A DNA stretch of 25,127 nucleotides from a virus. Its lineage: Duplodnaviria > Caudoviricetes. Numbering within the stretch: the stretch's first letter is position 1; every line of letters begins with the position of its first letter. Positions 6,589-15,566 of this stretch are shown here, in pieces. The notes under the pieces are model-generated. The model searched no databases, was not told where the DNA came from, and worked only from the letters and a program-made list of their open reading frames with translations. The stretch spans positions 1 to 25,127 of the IMG/VR virus record IMGVR_UViG_3300048855_000184; one strand, given 5' to 3'. The translations under genes and the position numbers were made by a program.

Positions 6589-6769
6589 TCAGCGACACGA
6601 TGTAATCGGCCGTGCTCCGGTCGCCGATCTCGGTAGGAGCGTGGGATCGACCTTACACCTTAGCCGCTCAGCGGGCGGCACCAGGACGCTGACCCGCGGC
6701 CTGTTCCTGCCGCATGTGCTCAAGCACGGAAGACACAGCAGGCCCGACGCCAGCACCATTGTCCGGCGC
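6589..6769 (-). pseudogene. Probable relic of a different Rz/Rz1 pair
   Basis: One frame reads RRTMVLASGLLCLPCLSTCG...PPAERLRC (lipobox-like); the overlapping frame reads APDNGAGVGPAVSSVLEHMRQEQ...*. Confidence 0.5.
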
Positions 6770-7039
6770 CTAATCGTGGCCGCGTGGCCATCCCCCCACC
6801 AATAGTCGCCGCTTAGCCTCGCACGCAGCTAGGTCAAACCTTCCGTCGCGGATCGTCCAATCATCATCGGCGGCCGTCGCGCTACCGTCCGCCTGCCGCC
6901 GCTGCGGCGTCGGTTCGCACGGCTCCAGCGCCGCCGCCGGCGGATCCGGCAGCCTCGGCGAGCTCGGCATCGAGGGCGTCGATCGCGCGCACCCGGTCAG
7001 CATCGCGGCACAGCACGCGCCCAGCATCAGTCTGCGCAT
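6770..7039 (-). CDS. o-spanin (Rz1-like lipoprotein)
   Basis: Lipobox LTGC, Pro-rich segment, overlaps the 3' part of the Rz-like gene in another frame. Confidence 0.85.
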   Translation of the reverse strand: MRRLMLGACCAAMLTGCARSTPSMPSSPRLPDPPAAALEPCEPTPQRRQADGSATAADDDWTIRDGRFDLAACEAKRRLLVGGWPRGHD

Positions 7040-7328
7040 ATTCCCTCACGGTGTTGGTGGATCGGACGATGATCGGCTGGCGCGCCGCCAAGCCGTTGGC
7101 ATAGTTGGTCGCGGCCTGGGCAAGGTTGCTGGCAAAGCGGCGTTCAGCGTCCAGCCTCGCCTTCTCGGCATCCTCCAGCACCCCCTGCCAGACCGCCCGC
7201 TCCGCCTTCAGCGTGGCGGTGCGGTCGGCCAACGTCGAGCGTGTGGCGAGTAAGGCGACGGCCAACGCCGCCATCGGTACCAGCCACCAGACACGGAGCA
7301 GGGTCGCCCCTGCCTTCGCCCCGGTCAC
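6882..7328 (-). CDS. i-spanin (Rz-like)
   Basis: N-terminal TM, Ala-rich helices, C-terminal Cys; GTGA-coupled to the endolysin. Confidence 0.8.
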   Translation of the reverse strand: MTGAKAGATLLRVWWLVPMAALAVALLATRSTLADRTATLKAERAVWQGVLEDAEKARLDAERRFASNLAQAATNYANGLAARQPIIVRSTNTVREYAQTDAGRVLCRDADRVRAIDALDAELAEAAGSAGGGAGAVRTDAAAAAGGR

Positions 7329-7834
7329 GCCTCATCCCTCGACACCGGAACGCCGGAGGTAGACAACATCACCGGCCCGCCGATCACCGGCACGCCGGTC
7401 GGCCAGCGCGACGCGACCAACCGGCTCTTCCCGATCCGCATGATCGAGACGCGATCACCCTGGTTGCCGCCCAGCACATGATAGGCCGCCGCGTCCTCGC
7501 CGACGTAGAAGCCGACATGCCCGCCACCGGAGCGCGAGAACACGAGAACCGCACCAGGTGCCAGCCGCTCGTAACGGAGGCGCACGCCCCAGGTGGACCA
7601 AGCCGAGGCACGCACCGCAATCGGCGCGGGCTGGATGCCGGCTTCGCGCATACAGTGCGCGACGAACAGCCCGCACCACGGCACGCTGTCCGCATTGTAA
7701 GCCATGCCGAGCACCTTGGCCCCAAGCCGCTTAGCCCAGCCCATGATCGTCGGATTGTTAGCGGTGCCCGCCGCCTCGCGCGTGCCGTTCAGCGCGCGCG
7801 CAGCTGCGAGCCACGGCGGAGTTGCCGTTGCCAT
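7325..7834 (-). CDS. Endolysin, TIGR02594 family (NlpC/P60-like)
   Basis: PPWLAAAR, NNPTI, DSVPWCGLFV, GGGHVGF, VLGGNQGD; GAAAGGA SD before ATG 7834. Confidence 0.88.
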   Translation of the reverse strand: MATATPPWLAAARALNGTREAAGTANNPTIMGWAKRLGAKVLGMAYNADSVPWCGLFVAHCMREAGIQPAPIAVRASAWSTWGVRLRYERLAPGAVLVFSRSGGGHVGFYVGEDAAAYHVLGGNQGDRVSIMRIGKSRLVASRWPTGVPVIGGPVMLSTSGVPVSRDEA

Positions 7835-8090
7835 GCTTCTTCCTTTCATCTGTAACGGGATGGAAATCGTCGCGAAACGTGCCGCCCTCAGGCAGGCGGG
7901 GAGCGCGGAGCCCCAGCCGCACTCCCGCCCCGGCGACCGTCAGGCAGGGCAGAGCCGGGGCGGACCCGTCTGTCCTATTCCGGGACCTGTCGAACGCGCG
8001 GCGATCCCCGCCTCGTTGACCGTCCTGGGGGCGGGCAGCATGCCCGATGTTGCGGTGCACAATGCGCGCCCGAGACAAACAGGTGTCTGA

Positions 8091-8291
8091 ATGCTGAAGC
8101 TTGTTGCTGCCCTGGCGCTCATAGCCTTTGTCGCCATGTTCGTCCGGCGACTGATGAAACGGGCGGCACGCCGCCGGCGCTACGAAGAGCGGGAGCGCCG
8201 GTTAGAGATCCAGCAGCAGCGATGGGATGAGGCGATGGGCCAAGCGCCGGTGGCGGCCTCCGAAGGAGATCAGCCACCTCTGGTTCGGTGA
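8091..8291 (+). CDS. Small single-pass membrane protein with Arg-rich helix
   Basis: MLKLVAALALIAFVAMFVRR...; antisense insertion in the lysis cassette. Confidence 0.65.
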   Translation: MLKLVAALALIAFVAMFVRRLMKRAARRRRYEERERRLEIQQQRWDEAMGQAPVAASEGDQPPLVR

Positions 8292-8305
8292 CCGGGCCGG
8301 CGGCG

Positions 8306-8671
8306 CTACTTGCGCGGGTTGAAGAAGCCATCGATTGCGCCGCGGACGCGTTCGGATAGCTGCTCTGCCAGATACTCCAGCAGGCCTAGCCCGATGAAGC
8401 CGGCAGCTGCGCCAACACCGAGCGCTCTGAACGGCGTCAGTTCCATGTCTGCCGAGATCGCCACCATCCCCATGCCGAACAACGCGGTCAGCGCGATGCT
8501 GGTGCGGCTGGTGACACGCTCCTCCCCTTCCCTGCGGACGGACTGCGCGATGTACCGCCCCAGCACCACGCCCGAGACTCCGAACAGCGCCGGCATGATC
8601 GCCACGTTCAAGCCGAGCAGAGCTACAGCTGCGGGGCCTACGGCGGCCGCGACCATGTTCTGCCCGGCCAT
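8306..8671 (-). CDS. Putative holin
   Basis: 121 aa, several hydrophobic segments, charged C-terminus, upstream of the endolysin. Confidence 0.6.
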   Translation of the reverse strand: MAGQNMVAAAVGPAAVALLGLNVAIMPALFGVSGVVLGRYIAQSVRREGEERVTSRTSIALTALFGMGMVAISADMELTPFRALGVGAAAGFIGLGLLEYLAEQLSERVRGAIDGFFNPRK

Positions 8672-9117
8672 CAGACGGACATCGCCCAGGCAAGCGCGAG
8701 GCCGAACAGGATCAGGACCGCCATGGTGTCGTGCCGGAACTGGATCTTGGTTCGGTGCTCGCTCGACGCCGGCCGACGCATGAGCTGGTCCACCATGCGC
8801 GGTCGCTCCTTGTCGATGATGAAGGCGGCGATCAGCAGGCCGGCAACCACCACCACCCCGCGCGCCGAGGCCAGGAACGTGACGATCCGCACGGCCATCG
8901 CCTCATCGCCCCAGCCGAACATGACGAACACGCCAGCTGGTGCGATCAGGCCGAGCACTGGCACGATCAGCGCGATCTTGATCCAGCGATAGACGTTGAC
9001 GGGGTGCCACAAGCCGAGCCGGTGATCGTGGCAGATCTGCGCGAAAGCGCGCAGCGACATCGACAGCGGCAGGAAGGTGCCCACCAGCACCGCGAACATT
9101 CCCCAAAGTGGGTTCAT
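8671..9117 (-). CDS. Multi-pass membrane protein (holin/antiholin candidate)
   Basis: About 4 hydrophobic segments; GGGAG SD; TGATG coupling to the next gene. Confidence 0.6.
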   Translation of the reverse strand: MNPLWGMFAVLVGTFLPLSMSLRAFAQICHDHRLGLWHPVNVYRWIKIALIVPVLGLIAPAGVFVMFGWGDEAMAVRIVTFLASARGVVVVAGLLIAAFIIDKERPRMVDQLMRRPASSEHRTKIQFRHDTMAVLILFGLALAWAMSV

Positions 9118-9255
9118 GGGAGGTCTCCCTGCCCGGTGTGCGCCGGGCGTCGCTTTAGGGTGTGGAGGTGGGAGCTGGCGGTTACCGCCATCATGACGCC
9201 GCTATGCGGCCCGGATTTGCTTGCGCTCGGGTAGCAAGGATGGGCAGAGGCCGGC

Positions 9256-9564
9256 ATGAACTTCCCGGCTACATACCATGCGTGGATCCTCGGCATCGCC
9301 GAGACGGCTGAGGTCCCCGACCAGCTCCTGCACACTCATGCGGGTTTGGCTGTGCTACTGATCGCCTGGTTTGTGAGCCGGCGCCCGCTGGCGTCGTTCG
9401 TCCCGTTCACCGCGGTAGTGGCGGCCGAGGGAGCGAACGAGTTGATGGACTACCTCCACGCGGGGCGCGTGGCCTCGGACACCGTTTCCGATGTCGCCTA
9501 CACGCTGTTCTGGCCGCTCGTGCTCAGTGCCTGCGCTCGAACGCGGAGGCTACGGGTCACGTGA
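9256..9564 (+). CDS. Small multi-pass membrane protein moron
   Basis: DQLLHTHAGL...NELMDYL...DVAYTLFWP; opposite strand between tailspike and lysis genes. Confidence 0.7.
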   Translation: MNFPATYHAWILGIAETAEVPDQLLHTHAGLAVLLIAWFVSRRPLASFVPFTAVVAAEGANELMDYLHAGRVASDTVSDVAYTLFWPLVLSACARTRRLRVT

Positions 9565-9585
9565 TGGCTCCCGGTGCTGAAGCCA

Positions 9586-11853
9586 TCAAACAGCGGGGCT
9601 CACGGTCGAGATATACTGCGGCACCCACGTCCCCGGAGACCCGTCCGAGATACATAGTTCGCCCACACGGACCATACTCTTTGCATCAACGATAAGTGCG
9701 GTTCGTTTCACTTGATCTCCAGCGCGCCAATCACCGCTCGTTGGCGCGGCTGCAGCATGAACGGCGCGACGTGGCCCTTCGTCATTGACAGCCGCGTAGT
9801 TGGTGCCACCCAGCCGTACGGGCCCGTCACTTTTCACAGTCATGCTGCGCGTGTTGTCCAAAACGTGAAGGTAATATGAGGACGGAGCGGCGCCGACGTA
9901 CATGGGGTTGATGACCCTGCCACTAGTAGTGCCCGCAACTACGATAGCACTGGTGGCGCCGGTCGTATCAACTACAGGGTTGATGATGTGCAGCCCCTCG
10001 CAGCTGGGTTCAGTGTTGGCGCCAAAGTTGATCCAGCGGCAGCGGATGCGCGTTCCTGACCCGGCGCCGAGCATTTTGACCCCGTCAAGTATGAGGGTCT
10101 TGAACACGTCAGCTTCGATGTTCGAACCGAGGAATAGAGTGCCGGTAACCGAAACATTCGTCGCTGCCTGGATGACCAGCTTGCCCCGAAACTTCCCACC
10201 AACGATCGTCACGTTGAAGATGCGGCCGGAGTGAGTGGCCGCCTGACTCGAGGCAATCAGAATATCAGCCGTCGCATTTTCCCCGGCCAGAAGACCGGTG
10301 ATGGCGATTTCGTGCGACAAGGACGACCCTGCGTCTAGCGAGTGACCGACGTGCACTCCGGCATGACCATTATTGAAGGACGCGACGGCAGTGATGTTGA
10401 CGTCCGACGCACCTTGGTGAAGGCCGATGCCACTATCATTCTCGTTGTCGTGGAACTCTCCACCAAGGACGTCGAACCCGCTTACTGCACCACTGTGCAA
10501 ACCCTTCTTGCCGTTCCCGTAAGAGCGGTGGTTGATGAACGAGATGCGGCCACTGCCTGTCTTGGTGGGAACGCCGGTTCCGTTACCAGTCACATTGCGA
10601 GTGGTGCAGTTGATGATGGTCGCGCCACCATACTGCACCGCGAGCCCGTAGTTGGCGGACCCCTGCCACTGCCAGCTTTGGTTCGCCCGATTACCGTCGA
10701 ACGTGATGCCTTCGACGGTGACGTTCTCGGCAAGAATGGAAGCGACGCTTGCTGTTGCGACGGTACCTGAGGAGAGGTTGTCGACGAACTTGATTACCGG
10801 GTTGCGGTAACCGCGCCAGTTGGTCGTGACCGGCAAGTTTGCGGATGTTCGATATTCGCCAGCAGGTACGATTACTGCAATGCCCAGGAGAGCGGCGGCA
10901 GCATTCGCGCGAATGAACGACTGGGTGTCGTCCGTCACACCATCCCCTTTGGCGCCGAGGTCCTTGACGCTTATGCCAACCTCGAAGAGCTTGTCGAACA
11001 CGTTTCGCTTGATCGCGCCAAGCAGGTCGAGCTTGTAGGCCGACAACGCGGAACCTTTGCCGGGGTCCCCCGAGGCGAGAGAAGCCGTGGTAGCCAGCGG
11101 CGCTGCAACAGCGGAACCCCCCGCCGTCCGTTCATAGCGAGTGTACGTCCGTGGCGTGTCGCCGTTGCTGACGCGGAAGAATTGGCCAGGTTGGGTGGCC
11201 GACTGACCTGCTGCCACCGTGTCATAGGCGATGCCGCCGAACTCTTCCGCAAAGGCGGCAGCATCCTCTGCAGATCCTGCCGCTGTTTCAGCGCGACTTG
11301 CGTCGATGGTGGCTTTCGCTGCCATCGGCCCCAGCAGATCAGCGCCATCAATTTTCAGCGTCGCGCCGCCATCCTGGCTGATCGTTAGCGTCGCGCGGGA
11401 GCTCGCCGCCGCTGCCGTCGCCGTACGTGCGCCATAGCTCGGCGGGCGGTTCAACGGCGCATTGTCGCTGCCATAGACCTGCGCCGGAACAGAGACCTTG
11501 CCCTCGATGCGAGTAACCCCGGCGATAAGCAGGCCCCACTCAAGCGTTGCGGTGTCACCAACCTCGCCCGCGTAGGGGAAGGCCTGCCGCGTGCTCTTGT
11601 TCAACCGGATCCGGAAGTCATTCGACCAGGTGCCGTCCGCCTGCTCCGTGACGCTGGCGAGCCGAACCCCTTCCGCGTTGCCGTTCGTCACCAGCTGGAG
11701 GTCTGCAAGCGGCGCACCGGGCGTGTCACCGGCAAGCCGGATCTGCGCGCGCATGTCGACGCCGGTCAGATTCGGCCCGATGATCCGGAGCGGCCGTTCC
11801 CATACGTCATCGTTGCGCCGGACCGTCAGGTCCCAGCGGGTTTCGGTGTTCAT
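9586..11853 (-). CDS. Tailspike/tail fibre with pectate-lyase-like beta-helix (putative depolymerase)
   Basis: SVKDLGAKGDGVTDDTQSF cap motif, Asn/Gly-rich beta-helix repeats, N-terminal anchor, C-terminal APTSGDWRAGD...GSPGTW. Confidence 0.85.
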   Translation of the reverse strand: MNTETRWDLTVRRNDDVWERPLRIIGPNLTGVDMRAQIRLAGDTPGAPLADLQLVTNGNAEGVRLASVTEQADGTWSNDFRIRLNKSTRQAFPYAGEVGDTATLEWGLLIAGVTRIEGKVSVPAQVYGSDNAPLNRPPSYGARTATAAAASSRATLTISQDGGATLKIDGADLLGPMAAKATIDASRAETAAGSAEDAAAFAEEFGGIAYDTVAAGQSATQPGQFFRVSNGDTPRTYTRYERTAGGSAVAAPLATTASLASGDPGKGSALSAYKLDLLGAIKRNVFDKLFEVGISVKDLGAKGDGVTDDTQSFIRANAAAALLGIAVIVPAGEYRTSANLPVTTNWRGYRNPVIKFVDNLSSGTVATASVASILAENVTVEGITFDGNRANQSWQWQGSANYGLAVQYGGATIINCTTRNVTGNGTGVPTKTGSGRISFINHRSYGNGKKGLHSGAVSGFDVLGGEFHDNENDSGIGLHQGASDVNITAVASFNNGHAGVHVGHSLDAGSSLSHEIAITGLLAGENATADILIASSQAATHSGRIFNVTIVGGKFRGKLVIQAATNVSVTGTLFLGSNIEADVFKTLILDGVKMLGAGSGTRIRCRWINFGANTEPSCEGLHIINPVVDTTGATSAIVVAGTTSGRVINPMYVGAAPSSYYLHVLDNTRSMTVKSDGPVRLGGTNYAAVNDEGPRRAVHAAAAPTSGDWRAGDQVKRTALIVDAKSMVRVGELCISDGSPGTWVPQYISTVSPAV

Positions 11854-11904
11854 CGGCTTCTCCGGTGGAGGGTGATCAGGTGGAGAGGTTAGGCGCGGCG
11901 CGCC

Positions 11905-14496
11905 TCAGGCCTGGCTCGGTTGTTCCGGCTGATTCATCTTGATGTTGTGCGAGAGGATGCCGTTGGAGACGTAGGTGTGGGCGTCACGCACCATCGCCTT
12001 GACGATCCAATGCGAGCCAGGAAGCAGCGTGCCGATGTCGCGCATCTTCACCCAGGTACCGGTGTAGACGAGGTGATCGCCGGTAGCGCGCACCAGCCGC
12101 TCGCCGATCTTCGCCTCCCACACGTCGTCGCTGCCCGCGATCTGCACCGCCTCGACCGGGAAGATGCCCCAGCCGCCCGCCACATCGTTGAGCCGCAGCT
12201 CGTGGCGGGTGCGGACGCAGTCACCGACCACGATGTCCCCGGCCGGCTTTTCGCTGCCGTCGGCCATCAGGATCGGCGTATCGACGGTCACGCACTGCCC
12301 ACCCGGCGGGGTCGCACCGCCGCCGCTCGACGGCGGACTGCCTGCGGTCGGGATGATCGCATAACCGAGATAGTGCCGCCCCGGATGGTCCGGCGAAGCG
12401 CGAGCGTCGATGTCGTCCTCGAACAGCTGGTACGCCACCGCGCCGCCCACGCGGTCAGGGTCGTCGTAGCCAATCGCCCGGAAGGCCCCGGGAGCGAGGC
12501 CCGTCTCGATCGTGGCGCCGGTGACCGCAACGTCGGCGTGCCCGTCGGTATAGCGGCGCGTGTGGCCGCTGATCGTCACGGTGCCACCGTCGGCTGCGTT
12601 GATGGTTAAGCCGATCGGGAACGAGGTCGCGATTGCCGCCTGAGTCCCCCCGGCAGCGCTGAACACGCCGGCCGTGACCGGACCCAGCACCAGCCGGTCG
12701 CTGTACGTGCCACCAACCATGTAGCGCACCGCGACCTCGTACTGCGTGTCAGAGGTGACGCTGGCGATCTCCTTCCGGGTGATGCCCGGGCCATCGATGC
12801 CGCCGCCGCTCCAGCCGACGTCCGGGTCCGCACCGGCGACGTAGGGCCGATATTCGAACAGCACGCCCGCCATAGGCCGATCGTCGGCCGCGCCGGTGAC
12901 GATCACCGCCGGGAACGACACGCCATTGGCGCTGAGCACTGCGCCGTTCGCTGTCCAGTCGGCGGCATCGGGCGCGCTCAGGTCCACCGTCGGGATCGAA
13001 AGATCGGGCGTCGGCGGCGCGGTACCGCCCTGCCCGAGCGCGAAGCTGTGCTTGGACGCGGTCTCCGACCGGCAGGTGAAGGTCACGCCCACCGTGCCCA
13101 TGTCGATCTCCCGCGTGCGCACCACCACGTCGCGGCCGACCAGTGCCGCCTCCGGGATGTCGGCGGTCAGGCAGTCGCCCGGCCGGTAGCCGATCATGGT
13201 CGCCTTACAGGGAAGAAGAATGCCGTCGAGCTCTCGACCGTTCAGGATCTCGTACAGCCCCAGCTGCGCGCCCTGGTCGACCTGCTGCACCAGGGGGAAT
13301 TCGATCTCCCGCGGGCGACTGCCGCCGTCGACCGCCACATAGTCGGGAATAGCGATCGCGTTCAGCGGCACCACCTGCCAGCCGTGGCTCTCCAGCCGGA
13401 CCTTCGGGATCACCGTGTTGCGGCGCGCGCGGCGTGAGGCGGTGCCCGGCACGTCGACGTCGCTGATCGTGATGTCGGCGCTGGTGATCCGCCCAATCGC
13501 CACGCGGGGAGCATTGAAGGTGACAGACAGCTGCCCGCCGACCGGCATCGGCTCGCCGCCGCCCGCTTGGCAGATCATCTTCAGGATGTCCCAACCGTTG
13601 TCGGCACTGGTGTAGACAACCCCGCCCACCTTCCAGTTATTCGCCTCGCAGACGTTCGCCCATTCTACGAATGGCGGCAGGTCGATGCCGACCAGCTTCA
13701 TGCCACCGCCTGCGATTAGGACCCCATTCTGCACCCGGCCATACGCCCAGGTGAGCGCGTGCAGCGCCGGGTTCTCGCTATAGACATAGGTCGCCTCCTG
13801 CCCCACCCGGCAGGCGCCAGCGCCGCCCGGATAGGTGCTGTCGAGGCGGGGATCGTAGACGAACACGCCTTCCAGGATCCTGCCCCGCTCCGGCACGCCG
13901 TTCGGGTACTTCTTCCCCTTGGTGTCGAACTTCAGCGTCCAGAGATCCGCGGCCAGGCCCGAAAGCTTGGAAGTAGCGGTCCAGCCGGGAAACGCCCCCT
14001 GCGGCCCCTGCAGCGCGCGCGCCTCCGGACATGCGCCCAGCTGCTGGTCGAGCCACATGTACCCGGAATAGGTGCCTAGAGCCGCCGTGTTCTGGAAGGA
14101 GACGGTGGCTTTTTCCACCTGGAACGGTCCGATGCTCTTGATCGGACCGATGCTGTGCACCGCGACCCAGCTCTCCAGGCTGTTCTTCGAGCCATAGTAT
14201 TGCCGGTGCACGACCTTCCCGGCCGAATAGGTCCTGCCCATCGCGTACGGCAGGCCCGATTCCTTATCAATCGTGAACTCGGTCGGGTTGCCGCCGAGCG
14301 AACCCTTCGGCGTAGCAGCCGCCGACGCGATCGAGAGCGCGGCTGCGCTAACCTGGGCCACCGTGGCGACGGTGGCGATCGTGGCAGTGGTGGCGCTGGC
14401 CGCGATGGCGCCCAGCGACACAGCCGGGCCGACGCCAGTTGCGGCAAGCGCGACAGCGCCCACGACGAAGGCCGCCGTCCTGAAAGCTTTTGGCAC
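11905..14496 (-). CDS. Tail tip/host-specificity (central fibre) protein with C-terminal Hint domain
   Basis: PYAMGR, VYDPRLDST, YSENPAL, FnIII-like YEVAVRY; Hint from C735 to HN851. Confidence 0.85.
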   Translation of the reverse strand: MPKAFRTAAFVVGAVALAATGVGPAVSLGAIAASATTATIATVATVAQVSAAALSIASAAATPKGSLGGNPTEFTIDKESGLPYAMGRTYSAGKVVHRQYYGSKNSLESWVAVHSIGPIKSIGPFQVEKATVSFQNTAALGTYSGYMWLDQQLGACPEARALQGPQGAFPGWTATSKLSGLAADLWTLKFDTKGKKYPNGVPERGRILEGVFVYDPRLDSTYPGGAGACRVGQEATYVYSENPALHALTWAYGRVQNGVLIAGGGMKLVGIDLPPFVEWANVCEANNWKVGGVVYTSADNGWDILKMICQAGGGEPMPVGGQLSVTFNAPRVAIGRITSADITISDVDVPGTASRRARRNTVIPKVRLESHGWQVVPLNAIAIPDYVAVDGGSRPREIEFPLVQQVDQGAQLGLYEILNGRELDGILLPCKATMIGYRPGDCLTADIPEAALVGRDVVVRTREIDMGTVGVTFTCRSETASKHSFALGQGGTAPPTPDLSIPTVDLSAPDAADWTANGAVLSANGVSFPAVIVTGAADDRPMAGVLFEYRPYVAGADPDVGWSGGGIDGPGITRKEIASVTSDTQYEVAVRYMVGGTYSDRLVLGPVTAGVFSAAGGTQAAIATSFPIGLTINAADGGTVTISGHTRRYTDGHADVAVTGATIETGLAPGAFRAIGYDDPDRVGGAVAYQLFEDDIDARASPDHPGRHYLGYAIIPTAGSPPSSGGGATPPGGQCVTVDTPILMADGSEKPAGDIVVGDCVRTRHELRLNDVAGGWGIFPVEAVQIAGSDDVWEAKIGERLVRATGDHLVYTGTWVKMRDIGTLLPGSHWIVKAMVRDAHTYVSNGILSHNIKMNQPEQPSQA

Positions 14497-14505
14497 GAGC
14501 GCCTC

Positions 14506-14925
14506 TCAGATCCGCCAGGCGGCGACATATTGGACAGGCTGCAGGATCTCTGCGCCGCCCAGGTCTTCGTGATAGCCAAGCACGCGGCCGTTCCCGACCG
14601 CCACGCTCAGCGCGCCGCCGAAGGGCGCGCCGGCTGGTAGCAGCACGAGGTCTGCGACCCACGCCGCCGCCGGCGCGATGCGCGGCAGCCCCAGCGCATC
14701 GACCGCCGCAGCGAGATCTTCGAACCCGGCGCGCTGCAGGGCCCGGGCGGCGCCGAGCGCGGTGCGGTAGCTGCCAGCTTTCGCCAACTGCGGCCGGTGG
14801 CCCATCTTGCGCAGAACGAAGGCTGCAAGCCGAACGCAGTCGTTTTTGCCGTACACAAGCGGCTGGTCCTTGAACCGATCGATCGCGGCCTGCGCCGCCT
14901 GCTGACGGCGGAGGAGCACGGTCAC
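14506..14925 (-). CDS. Tail-associated NlpC/P60-like protein (DUF6950-like)
   Basis: YGKNDCVRLAA, terminal AWRI, position equivalent to lambda K. Confidence 0.75.
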   Translation of the reverse strand: MTVLLRRQQAAQAAIDRFKDQPLVYGKNDCVRLAAFVLRKMGHRPQLAKAGSYRTALGAARALQRAGFEDLAAAVDALGLPRIAPAAAWVADLVLLPAGAPFGGALSVAVGNGRVLGYHEDLGGAEILQPVQYVAAWRI

Positions 14926-15566
14926 AGCCCGAGGTTCCCGAGGAACGACGGGTTGAGGCTACCGCCGGTCGTTCGCACCGCAGATGGCGGCTTTTCGACG
15001 CCCCAATTCGACGTCTTGTCGATGCCAGTCATGTTCGCCAGGCCCGTCTCGCCGGGCCACACCAGCTGGTGCCAGCTGTCGGACAGGCGGGCGCCTTTCT
15101 CCTCATCGTGGAAGGGCTCGAGCGCGGATGCGCAGCGCCACTCCAGCGAGCGCGTGCCTTTACCGACGCGGATCCTCGGCACGTCGAGTTCGCCCCCGAA
15201 TAGTTGGACCGGCTCTGGCAGTAGCTGCCCGGTTGTCGGGTCGATCAACCCTAGCCAGCCGCTGACCTCGCCGCCCTGCGCGGTCGCTGCGGCCAACTCG
15301 GCTGCGACGACCTCGTCCGGCGGAACGAAGGTCAGCAACCAGTCGGGCGCCTCATCGGCGGCGCCATCCTTCAGGTTGCTCGCCGCGACCAGGGCGCCGA
15401 ACCGGGGATCCCGGCCGACGAACGTCTGCCCGTTGAACTTCACCTCCGCGGACCCGACCAGATGGCAGAGCGTGTAGTTTGGCAATTGCACCCGCACGAG
15501 AGGCGCAAACGGGTAGCGCCCGGTGCGCAGCTTCGCGGCCAGCGCCGGATCGAGGCGGAAGCTCAT
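14922..15566 (-). CDS. Tail tip/hub minor tail protein
   Basis: GGAG SD and ATGA overlap at 15563-15566 give MSFRLDP...; RLSDSWHQLVWPGETGL; synteny. Confidence 0.75.
   Translation of the reverse strand: MSFRLDPALAAKLRTGRYPFAPLVRVQLPNYTLCHLVGSAEVKFNGQTFVGRDPRFGALVAASNLKDGAADEAPDWLLTFVPPDEVVAAELAAATAQGGEVSGWLGLIDPTTGQLLPEPVQLFGGELDVPRIRVGKGTRSLEWRCASALEPFHDEEKGARLSDSWHQLVWPGETGLANMTGIDKTSNWGVEKPPSAVRTTGGSLNPSFLGNLGL

Noticed and set aside
5407-6923. DGR template/variable repeat pair or CRISPR-like repeats
   Set aside because: No reverse transcriptase or cas gene, differences are not adenine-specific, and there is no repeat-spacer array
11944-12294. Canonical mobile intein
   Set aside because: No endonuclease, +1 residue is Ile, and the C-extein is only 12 aa
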